Source: Balanoglossus misakiensis
Lineage: Eukaryota > Animalia > Hemichordata
Direction of reading: 5' to 3'
Assembly: GCA_040954595.2 (NCBI GenBank)
Contig: CM082598.2
Span: 1,054,001-1,118,000 of the forward strand
DNA: 64,000 bases
Shown: positions 51,763 to 63,180 of the stretch, piece after piece
Position numbering within the stretch: position 1 is the stretch's first letter
Layout of the letters: the number at the start of each line of letters is the position of its first letter
Made by a program: the position numbers and the translations under genes
The notes under the pieces: model-generated
Database searches by the model: none
Told to the model about the DNA's origin: nothing
What the model saw: the letters and a program-made list of their open reading frames with translations, nothing else

Positions 51763-54271
51763 ATGTTTAATTTGAACGTATTTGTGGTGGCGATTTCCCT
51801 GTCTAGCCTTGTCGTCGACGCTGTAAGTGTCTTTTATATGATTCACTTTCAGATGGATTCACACGTTAACCTTCTTTTCGAGTTGTTGAAATGAACATGA
51901 CAAACTTTTATGTTGCATTTGGCATTTTATTTCGTTTCTCGTATTTCCTTAATAGTGTGAGCATTGTTGGCGCGATGACTCCACGACAATACAAACATAA
52001 TATTATTGTATTACAGTGACATACAACACTCTAACTTTGTTTGATTTAGGGGTTAGTGCCTTTCACCGAAGCAGATATGTTTAAAATTGTGAAACAGCCA
52101 GGCGATGGTAAGTCGCACTTCGCCACTGTCACTGTCTTTACTTTATCATTTACAAATATGAATAATATTTAAGCAATAAAACACCCCCAGCCATGGTATA
52201 CCACGAGATTTTGACCAGTTCACGACATATACGCACGAGCGATAGCGAGTGCGTATATGGAGTTGAACTGGTCAAAATCGAGTGGTATACCATGGCTGGG
52301 GGTGTTTTATTGCTATTATATTATGCCAGTATATTGAAACTTTGCATAAAACATTTTAAAAAGGCATTTTCTTTGACTATGATATATGACTGTGGTATAT
52401 GGCTAATATATCACGGTCACGTGTCGTGTCTCGACCAATCAAATAGCGTGATTTACACCATCAATATACTGGTATAATATAATGGTTATTATTGAATGGA
52501 TCGACTTTACACAGTGTTGTAACAGTGACACGGCTTATTTTCTGGTTTTGCTTTGTTGTCAATGTTTCCTTCAACAGATAGTGAGGAACACGTAAACGTT
52601 TGACCCAAACGTTCTGAAATTTACACGCACGGCTTGGACAACAAAGTGATGTGGATTTTGATTTTAAGAATCACAGCTTTTCATGACTGTTCATTTCTGT
52701 TTATTTTTACATGTTTTCTGAACAATTGTATTATCCACTACTCTGAAACACACTCATGATTTCAGAATGTGCAGCCGCAGACGAGTTCATGTGCAGCCCT
52801 ATGCAGATGGAGCATTCCTGTACTTCTGGGTGCATGACTCTTGGCGATTGTGCAGACTTCTTGTGCAAAACTTGTCCACCTGAGAATCAGTTTGACGCTG
52901 AACAAGTATGCACACTTCTGGAAGCCATGTTCAAAATGTTTGAAATTGGTAAGAAACGTAGTTATCTATCCTCAGAAAAGCGCCATTGTTTCCCGAACGT
53001 CATACCCTGTGGTTATTCAACTAATGTTACTGAGTAGGCTTTAGGCACCTAAGTGAGTCTTAAAAATCTCACCTGCGGAACAGAATTTCATGATGTCAGA
53101 TTTCTAACATGTTTTGCAATTGGAACTTCATAGAAAGTTCAAATTGATGTTAGGCCATACTGAAAATTAATATAAACACATCCTCAAACCCATCAGTACT
53201 GTAACAGTGAGCTGTCGACGTTTTTACCCACAATACAGTTACATGTATTATGTTATCCCGGCGTGAAATGTTATTTCAACTTGCAAGAACTGGACGACTT
53301 TGATGTTCCCGAATGTATATCCTTTTCAGGCGTTATTGATTTGCCAGGAACTTCGCTTGAACAAAAGTATTTAGTCACAGGACAAATTCTTCAGGCAGGT
53401 TTTGACGGTAGGTACAAGAAACTATTACTTTAAGCACATTATCACGTGATCTGTGTGACAACAGATCTGTCATCGCCTAGCAACATTTATTACGTAGCAA
53501 ATTTAGTTAAACAACCATACAAAGCATTGGAGGACATATTTCTTATGCGACGTTTAAATTTGTTTGGGTCATATGAAACTTCATACTGCTGCGCTGTGTA
53601 GCATGTGATCAGTGAAACCGAATGCATCATGGGACATTTCACGACAGTTTACTGAACAAACTACCCGGATGACAACAGTTGGAGTTACTGATGCTTTACG
53701 AAGTACCTGACAAGACTTCGCTTACACATCTAACAGTTAGACCTCTAACAAGCTGCGATTTTGTGTTTAGTGTGTGCTGATGGCGGGATTGTCTGTGATG
53801 ACATGGGAGGGGAGTGTGTCCAGTTGGAGGACGCCTGCGACGATAATTTTGATAACTGTATGTGTGATCTCAATGGACGAGTGGCACTGTCTATCAAGCA
53901 TTTCTTGAACATAGGTGAGGGCGCACTAATCAATATGAACTATGCGTGTGACCACTTTTGCTGTTTTACAATAAACAACCACCACCACCAACAACAACAA
54001 CAACAACCAACTCACATTTATCTCAGCTCATTTCAAATTAATTTGAGCACAGTAGAGAGACTGTAGTTGGACAACTCACTTTGTGAATCAAGACACCGTC
54101 TGTTCAATATGGACGAAAACTAAAACGTGTTGGAATTATAGCTCCATCCATGTATAACGACACAACGGTTCCAATTCATTTACTGTATAACAAGATGCAT
54201 TAAAGAAAATCTGATTTTCTTTTTCAGCCGTTCCATACCGAAGAGCTTTTGGAGTCACGTTCCCATTTTAG
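51763..54271 (+). CDS. Uncharacterised secreted acidic cysteine-rich protein, ~188 aa, 14 Cys
   Basis: Exons 51763-51822 (signal peptide MFNLNVFVVAISLSSLVVDA), 52050-52107, 52766-52948, 53330-53407, 53771-53914, 54228-54271. Phases consistent. TATA-like TTATATAG at 51698; ATTAAA at ~54384 and ~54424. Confidence 0.75.
52172..52483. mobile_element. Near-perfect hairpin element with a second adjacent IR (Crypton-like non-autonomous element)
   Basis: 52172-52314 is a ~65-bp-stem palindrome (AGCAATAAAACACCCCCAGCCATGGTATACCAC...GTGGTATACCATGGCTGGGGGTGTTTTATTGCT). 52315-52337 pairs with 52461-52483. Confidence 0.75.
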
Positions 54272-54574
54272 CTGGTCAAGTTCAAGAGTGAATACTTCTG
54301 ACTTGCCAAGCAATTTGGTTCAATTACATCATTATGACAAGAAATCAACTTTTATGATACATTTTCTTGAGAATGTTCTGCGATTAAAGTTTAAATGATG
54401 TTATCTTTACTGTAAATTCTGAGATTAAAGCAGAGTAAAAATGAAACGATTTTTATGGTTGTTTTTGTCTTCTTGCTGAATTGACAGTGAAGAGGGAAGT
54501 TTGGGCAAAGTAAACTAAACCAAAGTGAGACCCGAGTTTATGCGTACGTACAGGTCAAAGTTCAGCCAACAAAG

Positions 54575-56009
54575 ATGGCGTCTGACATAACTGCATCGGA
54601 GTCCTACAAAATGACACCTATATCATCAAATTTAGATCACTACGAGAAAGTCTATGGTGTTTACAGCTCTATGACAGACAAATTCGAAAAGGTTGAAGCG
54701 TACTGTCCGGAAATAGTGAAGGTTTGCACTGAAAACCTCGACTGTTCAACAGAAATATTCCGCTATCTCGGCGTTGGCAGCGGAAATGGTACGAAAGTTT
54801 CAGTTTTATTTATACATTTACATCATACCCAGGTATCTATACTTTATCACCTGGAAACTATAACAAAAACCTCCATATTTTGGTTTCCGGGGGTCTGTTT
54901 TTAAACACAGATTACATACATACAATTTGTACCATTTCTTTCGTTAAGACGTTGTATTAAGGTGACCTCCAGGCCTGGGTGACCTTGTGGGGTCAACTCT
55001 GGTGCATATGCAGACATTTCGTTGTTTTGTCGCTGGCGGCGTGGCCCCGGTCGAACAACCACACCGTGACCATGACAACTGCCTCTCATGATGTATACAT
55101 TGCAAAGATTAGCCTTATTCTGAGCTGAGTCATCCAAATTGCAAATGACACAAAAAACATCCCTTCTGACCCCCAGGTGACCCCGACCTGACGTTGCTAG
55201 GACAACTGTCCAACGTATTTCCAAAAGTCGAAGCTACCATCGTGGAGCCATCTAAAGCTATGCTGGAAACTTTCAAAGGACGTGTTCAGGAAAAGAAGGA
55301 ATCTTTGAGTGCAGTGACATTTCATTGGTTACAAATGACGGCAGAGGATTTCTTGAGCGTCAACAAAGACAAAGATTTTCACTTAATATTCATGTCCGGA
55401 GTCTTAGCATATCTTGATGACTGGGCTAAGACATTGGCAGATCTGTACTTGATACTAGCTGAAAATAGCACCCTGACTATTATCAACGATGGAAAAGGTA
55501 AGAACAGCCTCTATTAATTGTGGTTATACTTATAGTTTGGTATCACGTTTACTGGCCCCTATTTTCTGTTGCTTTGGATTTAGTGTACACAGACCGTGTC
55601 TATCAGTGCATTATTACAAACATGTTCATATTTATACAAACATATTTTTTACCTTCTTCCAGAGAGCTGGGTAACCCAATTGTACGACCCACACCACTTC
55701 CCTGGTCTTGGAGTAGCCACTATAACCTCCACTGATGTCATGGCAACGGCTGAGGTCATCGGAGCCCAAAAAGCAGAACTTCGAGTTGTGGAATCTCTGT
55801 TGGAAATAACGTCCATTTTTGACGGAAATTCAACAATCGGTGATGACATACTGGACTATCTGTCTCACACTTGTCACTTTCGGAAAACAGCGCCTCCAGC
55901 TTTGATCTCAGACTTCATTGACCATATCTGCAAATCGAACATATACGTACAAAAAGACGATAAAATGTATGTCAAAAACAACAGAGAAGCAATTTACATT
56001 AAAAATTAA
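54575..56009 (+). CDS. Histamine N-methyltransferase-like SAM methyltransferase, 293 aa
   Basis: Exons 54575-54788, 55177-55497, 55663-56009. Motifs YLGVGSGNGDPD, IVEPS, FHWLQMTAEDF, FHLIFMSGVLAYLDD and ILDYLSH are typical of the HNMT family. Confidence 0.87.
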
Positions 56010-56877
56010 TGAAGTGACGTCATTTAAAGAAAGTAGTAATTAGAAAACGGAAACTTTTTCACCAGCCAGTCAGTTATGTTTAAAATTTTTTGTTTTGAAA
56101 CACAGATAAATTACAAGTTTTATACAAAGTGTGCTAAAACACTTATAATCCTGGTAATTGTAGTAAGCGTTTGTTAACCTCCCCAAAACCCGTGTCTCTG
56201 TCGACATGTGGCGTAGCCTCGATAAATTTCCTGATCAACATGTTATTCTGTTCCAATTTAAACAAACAGATTCTGATGTAAAAAACGCGAGTTTCTGAAC
56301 ACGTCACGATTTATACAAATGGCAGTTAAAACACACAGTCTTAAACACTTTATTATGACAGGCATCGAAACCGTCAAGTAATAATGGAATGGGCTGTTGC
56401 GGTTACGGAGTTCCATTTCGTCATGATTGACAGGTATTTGGACGCTTATTGTAAAAAAAACTATAGGGTCAAAAAACTTGACAGTATTCGAGTTGTTTCA
56501 ACTCTGGCCGGATTTCTAGTTTCCAAGCATGATTTCGCATCCCTGGCAGGATTTCCTTAATCAAAAACATAGATGTATCTTGTTCGACATCGTTTCATAC
56601 GTAGCCATTCAGTCGGTTTTATCCTTTTTGAACGAACACACACATTAAAGTTGAATTGCATCTGACCACGTAAAGAAACATTTTCGGCGCACACGCTGTA
56701 CTGTCGAAATTTCATGTTAATTTTAATCCTGAAAATCTGCTCAGACAGGTGTCAGTCATTTCAATCCAGTACCGCCCATGCCCACAAAAATGGTATTTAG
56801 AGAGAGTGTAACTCGCAAAGTTCTTCCACAATTGACATCCAGACGACGTACAAAGCAGTCGTCCCAGAAGTTACAAG

Positions 56878-59510
56878 ATGGAGAAACAACTCTTGGTATT
56901 TTTGAGTTTGGTAGCGGTTTTCGCTGCCACAGGAGGAGAGGTGGGTTGAAATAGAAACGATTGTTTCATTTAGTCCGTCGACAACTTTGTATGATTTCCC
57001 TTCCTTGCTCTCCTGTGCGAAAGGCACATTTTGTAAGTTTGGAAGCACTGCCTTAAAGCAAGGACATGTACTTGTTTCTAACTCGTTACAGTGGGTAAAA
57101 CACGACAAAAAGTAGTTATCACTTACACGTTGTCTTTGCGGACATAATGTCGCTGCAGGCTTGAACACTGGCGGCGAAATGACTTTCAAACATTTCTTAT
57201 TTCAGAAGCTTCCAAAAGAACACGGTCTTCAAAAGAGATGTGAGTAGAAATATCCAGTACTTTCTGATTTCTGAGTTTTAAAGAAGGAAAGTCGCCAAGT
57301 TTTGAGATAATATATGACATTATAATATTCACAATGTTCTGCTCACAGACGTGCTGAATCACCTTCGTTCCCATGTTTATATTTGAAGCTGGGTTAATCT
57401 GTGGCACACCATTCTATACAATTCTTTCTTCTAGCTGATCATGATGACCCCTGGAAGATCCGAGCGTTCTGGGAGAGTTGTACGGGTCGGCGAATTAAAG
57501 TGGAAGTCTATGACACTGTGGTGACATACGTGAACGTCAACATCAAAATCAGACAGATTTTAACGTCAGTGGAGGAGATTGATACGAATATGGAATTCTT
57601 TGGGGCTGGCGGCGCCGATAGCTTTCAAGTTGAGTCGTGCGACAAGGCGTATGAAATCGTCTGGTATGATAAAAACAACGTCAGTCGGTCAGAGAAGATT
57701 ATAGTACCTAAATGTACGTCGATTCACCCATTCATAATCTATATTCCTTCATTTTCTTTTTGTGCACCTAAGTGATATTTCCATCTATCAACCATATGGA
57801 CAATTGAACGCATTGGATTTAGTTATTTAAGTCTGTTTGTAAGGAGACGACCAGCACGGATTGGCTGGTGACGTTTAGTTCAATTATTTTTTAGGAACAT
57901 ATCAGATCTGACTGTTAATGTCTATCGTCCAAAAGTCAAGTTAGAAAACATCGTACGCAGAGTTAACTACAAAGCGACCTTAAATCATTTTTTCTACATT
58001 GTAGGTTGGAACATAACTGGTTACTGGGACACCTGTCAGGCGCAGCGGATTAGGGTCGATTTTGCTAATATCGACGAGACACCAATAAACATTGAAGTCA
58101 AGGTATATCAGGTCGCTATCGATTTGACCTTGACGATACAATGTCAAGAAACCCTGGTCTTAGTGACACCTGTGGCAGTTGCTTATACCCATTGCAACGT
58201 CACTTCCTGTATCAATGACTATTTTATTGAATGGACGGACCTGAATAACACCGATCATAATGGTAACCTGACTGTGACCAAGTGTAAGTCTTCCTATTTT
58301 CTCTTTCTCTCCGGTATCCTTTCAACATTTTGCTCATTGTCGTAAACCACGACCTTTTTACGGCAACCGTGTCCGATGACTCTCTTTGACAGTTTATGGA
58401 AATATCATCATCATTTGCTCTGTAGAAAACGACTTACTTCTTCTGGTAACAAACATTAACAATAAAGGTAACCCATGTAAAAGTATAGCCACACTTATAC
58501 CATGGAAACTTGAAAATCTAACCAAGCAAAGTGTTTAGTATTAATTTTGTCTAATGTGGGAACAGTTATTGTTTCTTTCATCAAAATTTGATGACAACGA
58601 TTCATTATCTATGATGAATATTCATGTTTGTGGACTATGCCATGAAGACATTGACTAAAATATAACCGTTTATTTCATTTTCGTGTCCCTATAGGTCTGT
58701 CCGGACAGGGATGGGGAGATCCGCACATGCGCACTTTCAGTGGTGTCAAGTTCAATTTCCAAGGTCCATGCAGTTATACTTTGGTCAGGGACTGCGGAAG
58801 AAACACGCCAACTTTCGACATTTCGGCGACTTTCCGCAAACGAGGAGGGCGCGATTCCCCGACTAGAATGGTTGCTGTGACAACGAGAGTACGGGGAGGA
58901 CATGAATATGTGTTTCAAGAAGATAACTCAATTTTAGTAAGTAGACTATTTCATTTGGTTCTCCTGCGGCAAGAAGCTATTAATGTATTCGATCCAAATA
59001 TAGCATGTTATTTTTGTACAAACTAACGAGTGTATTAACTTGTGGTTTTCACCACTTGTAGTTTAATGGATTGCCGATCCTGGATCGTGAACTACCAGTT
59101 GTTCACAGCATGGGACATATCCGTGCTGGGGATGGCAGTGTGGAAATGAATCTCCATGAAGATGACGTCACTGTAGAATGGGTGGGGAAGGACCACGAAG
59201 TCTCCATCTCCATTGGCAACGACCGCCTGGCCGGCCAATTGTGTGGAATGCTGGGAGATGGGACCAGTGTCAGAGGTCACGATTTGGTGAAATCAGATGG
59301 TACAAGAACCTTCAACACCACCGAGTTTGCTGAGAGCTGGATCATCCCTGGAAGGTGTGTTCAAAATCATTCGAATCGTTTGAATTCGAAATTCAAAATG
59401 GCCGCCAATCAAAATTTAAAGTAGTGATTTTCATGAAACAAGACTGTGACTGGGACGACGAATCAGAATCATTAACGCTCATATCACATCTGTTTTTCAG
59501 TTGCCCGTAA
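56878..59510 (+). CDS. Secreted protein: signal, propeptide (KR), two tandem 93-aa modules and a C-terminal von Willebrand D domain, ~399 aa
   Basis: Exons 56878-56940, 57206-57239, 57435-57713, 58005-58283, 58695-58936, 59062-59354, 59501-59510. VWD hallmarks: GWGDPHMRTFSG..FNFQGPCSYTLV and LCGMLG...EFAESW, ending GSCP*. AATAAA at ~59730. Confidence 0.85.
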
Positions 59511-60959
59511 ACGCGTACATTTGGAGGTACAGAGTGGAGACCGGACCATTTCACAGGACCAAGACAAACAATCAAGACCATGATTTACCCTTCATTAGAC
59601 TATTACTTGTGTAGTTTGCACCTATGGTTTAGAATCCCTTGGAAATCGATTATGGTTTGTTGTTGGAATCTAAGCTGCCAGGGTATACTATCGTAGACAA
59701 GTTGATTGAATATTTTCGTCGTAACTAGTTAATAAAAGTTGATTGCAAAGCAAATCCTGAGTGATCGCACTGTTTTTGTGTGTCTGAATGAAGAAATACC
59801 ACACCAGTCTGATAGAATTTCTCTCATAGTTTGCTCAAGGCAACTTTAGATGATTCTCTTAAAATAAAAAGTGGAGTCACTGTGAACAAGTTTGAATGAG
59901 AGAGCAATATTCACTCGAATCTGAAATTCAATCTCTGTTTTCTGAATTACATAATATTATGACACAACATACCGGGACACAACATAATTACTCTAAAATT
60001 ACCACCAAAATACAATTAATTGTCAAAACAATTAGAATAAGAGGGACTGCGTCTTTCCATCCAACTCCCAAGAACATTTGTTCACTACATGCAACGGAGC
60101 ATCTTTTCAAACTCGAGTCGAAACAGTAAATAACACGTTTGCAGAATTCAACGACGGCGCAAGAACCAAAGCAGCTGGTTCCCTCCACCCATAGGAATGT
60201 GTTTCCGCAACACTACGAGCGGTTGTGCGTGTTTTTATACAGCCACAAGTAAAAACAACAATCCATTAAAAATACTGGTACAGAAGCGCGAAATCGGGTC
60301 AGACATTTTCAGATTAACGCAAGATAGCAGCCTGGCGGTTGCTTTAGTTGTCAAGCAATATCCGATGAACAATATTTTTTTCTACTTTACCCTAATGGGA
60401 AAGCGTTTTCCTTTACGATCATATTAATCCGCGGTTCAGAAACACAAACATGAAACCACACGCGTGGTTCACAAATATTGCTCACTCCATACAAGAGGGG
60501 GCGGAACAATCGTTTGTCTAAACACGAATTTTGTGCACGTGGCTAAGCCACGCCTACTTGGAATAGCTTGATATAGTTACAGAGGGTTTATCGAGCAGCA
60601 AAACATTTGTACAGACGTCAAAAGCTCAAGTTTTTAAACTAAAGAATATTCCTGCGTCATTTTTTTCAAATACTCGGACGTAGAGTAAAGAAATAGAGAA
60701 TTGGTTAAGCAATGGTAGGGTAGAACTTACTGATTGAGGCTCAATCTTGCACCAAGAAGATTGGAGTTCAGTGCGGCCACATTCTTCCATCGTCTGTGAC
60801 TAAAAAAGACAAAAAACACAAATTACTATTTATGCTTTAAATTTTCCCAAGACGTTGACACTCACAAGAGAAAAGTGTGAAACATGCCCGTGTTCTAAAC
60901 ACCCAAAAACATCACCCAAACAAATTTATTATTTAGTGGTGTAAACCTGCAGAGAAGGG

Positions 60960-61095
60960 CGCCATCAATCGGCGACTAAGTGTGAAAACCCGGAAGCGAA
61001 TCGGGCAAGATGATGAGGTCACCGTACCGCCATACGTAAACACGATCAACTTGACGGGTGAGAGATACATAGTTTGATTTTGCCAATTTTCAGTC
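60960..61095. promoter_or_regulatory. TATA-less, CpG-containing WASHC3 promoter region, possibly bidirectional
   Basis: ETS-like CCGGAAG at ~60990-60996 and local CpG enrichment just upstream of the WASHC3 ATG. Confidence 0.45.
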
Positions 61096-61765
61096 ATGGA
61101 TGAAGACGGATTGCCTCTAGTTGGAGCTGGTGTTGATCTGAATAAGGTAGGGAGTGCTCTCTCTGTAAATCGGGTGTTATATCCGACAATATGTGAAGGA
61201 ATTATGGTGTAAAGCATGTACTGATGTAAAGGGGGTGTCGCCATGTTATTACAGGCAGTGACCCAGTGATGACGTAATCTTGTATCTTGGGAACCATAGG
61301 CACACACACGTGAAGCAAATTTCTCGCTCATTACTCATTACTTCACCTAAACGGGGTCGGTTGACGTTCCAATTAATATACTGTGCACTAATACTCACAG
61401 AGAGACTGAGCCCACACCAATGGGCAACATTTGACCAGAAGTCCATGAAAAAATTGAAAGTTTCAGCTCGTTTTCTCTAGAAACCAGCTCCGTCATACCT
61501 GACTGTTCACCTGCAGTGATGAGGTCAAGGGTCATGACCCGAAACAAATGAAAACATTTTGTACCCACAAGCATGTTGACAGTATATTCATATTAAATTG
61601 GTACACTCTACACACAAATTCATTTTCCTTGTGATTTTGAAGATTTTTTTTGTCTCTGATAGCCAACATTGTGTGTCCAAACTGACAACCAATCAGAAGC
61701 ATGTACTGCAAGGTCACTGCAGTACTTATAATATAAACAATTCCTATGTTCTCTTCCCCCCCCCC

Positions 61766-61800
<35 letters not shown>

Positions 61801-63180
61801 AGGTTGAAGCAATACATCAGAAGAGAATGCTGGCGTTTCTCAACCATTTCATCACACACACGGTCAGATTTCTCAACAAATTTTCCTGCATTTGTGAAGA
61901 GGTGAGTGCAAATACCCAGAACTCTCAGTTTTTAGATATCAGAATTAAGTATTGTCAAGAAGTGTCTGGTGGTTATACAATTTGAGCGCTTATAAGAAAA
62001 CATGTGACAAAGGGCAGTGCACATGATGCCACTTGTCATTATAAACTTTCACCACCATGAGATTTTTTCCCCATCACTCTTGATCAAGTTTTGTCCATCT
62101 CCTTTATCGTTCCAGAAACTAGAAACGCTCACCATTAGGATTCAGAAGCTGGAAACTACTTTAAGCATTCTTGAAGCAAAGGTATTGCTACTTCAACCCT
62201 TTCACCACCATGGTTTGGCCGAAATCTATTGTTTTCTATGGTAAATTTGGACCTCTTTCTGTCTGCCATTTTCTGTCCACCCTGACTAAACCTTTGCCTC
62301 TCATTCACAGCTTGCCTCCATTCCCGGTCTTGACGATGTCTCTGCAGCTTCAGCGCCCTCTGCAGGCAACACCGCTCCACCTGCGCAGGCTTCAGCAAGT
62401 GTGCCGACCCCCCAGGAAGCAGTGGCAACAACAGCAGACCAATCAGTACGTGGCAATATTTGATAGTTATGCATATATTAGCATAATTAATGCACTGTCA
62501 GAATCCTATAACTGGCATATCCCTCTACAACTATCAACGGATTTTCAGAGTTAAAGAAATTGTTTGACCTAGCATGTAACTTATGAATTTCATTCTATTA
62601 AACTTATCACAGACGACAGAAGAGGCTGCACCTCCTGAAGCAACTGTTGCAGCAAATCCAGTCTCACAAGATTCAAGATATGCTCATTATTTCAAAATGT
62701 TGCATGTAGTAAGTAGAACTAGAAGTACCATTTCTTTGGAAGTTGAGAATGATTTTGGAAATTAGACAATTCATAGAATCAATGTTTTTTGTCTGAATTT
62801 TCAGTTTCATCCAAGTTCATCCACCCTGCTGAGTTCTAAACTCTTCCCATTTCTTTGGACTGAACCATAGTGGTGAAAGTAAACATAAATATTTGTTTGT
62901 TTTCTCCAGGGAATTCCTCACAACGCTGTCAAACAGAAAATGAAAGCTGAGGGGGTTGATCCAGATCTTTTAGAGTAAGTATCATCAGAGGTTTGCATAA
63001 TGTAAAATCACCTACCTAGATTCTAGACTGTGATTCAATGTCTTCTTCGTAGATCTAAAAGATTGTTGTCTTGTTGTGTTTACTTTCAGTGACCCGAACG
63101 CCCCTGCACCACCAAAAGATGCAGCCAGCAGTGAGAGTGACTTCAGTGATGACAGTCAGAGTAGTTTCAGCGATGACTAA
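61096..63180 (+). CDS. WASHC3: WASH complex subunit 3 (CCDC53), 200 aa
   Basis: Exons 61096-61146, 61803-61901, 62116-62181, 62311-62445, 62613-62708, 62910-62974, 63090-63180. MDEDGLPLVGAGVDLNKVEAIHQKRMLAFLNHFITHTVRFLNKFS...ILEAKLASIPGL...RYAHYFKML..G...GVDPDLLD...SSFSDD. Confidence 0.96.
61756..61800. repeat. Poly-C plus (CT)n tract forming the polypyrimidine tract of WASHC3 exon 2
   Basis: About 21 C followed by ~12 CT units directly before the AG acceptor at 61801-61802. Confidence 0.9.
62193..62256 (+). mobile_element. Partial ~90-bp piggyBac-type MITE in a WASHC3 intron (another fragment at ~62850-62882)
   Basis: CCCTTTCACCACCATGGTTTGGCCGAAATCTATTGTTTTCTATGGTAAATTTGGACCTCT aligns with 47568-47626. 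Confidence 0.65.

Noticed and set aside
59355-59424. Read-through C-terminus CVQNH...KMAANQNLK in the ORF track
   Set aside because: It runs into a dispersed repeat fragment (TTCAAAATGGCCGCCAATC, also at ~34560). Splicing to 59501 gives a cleaner GSCP* end.
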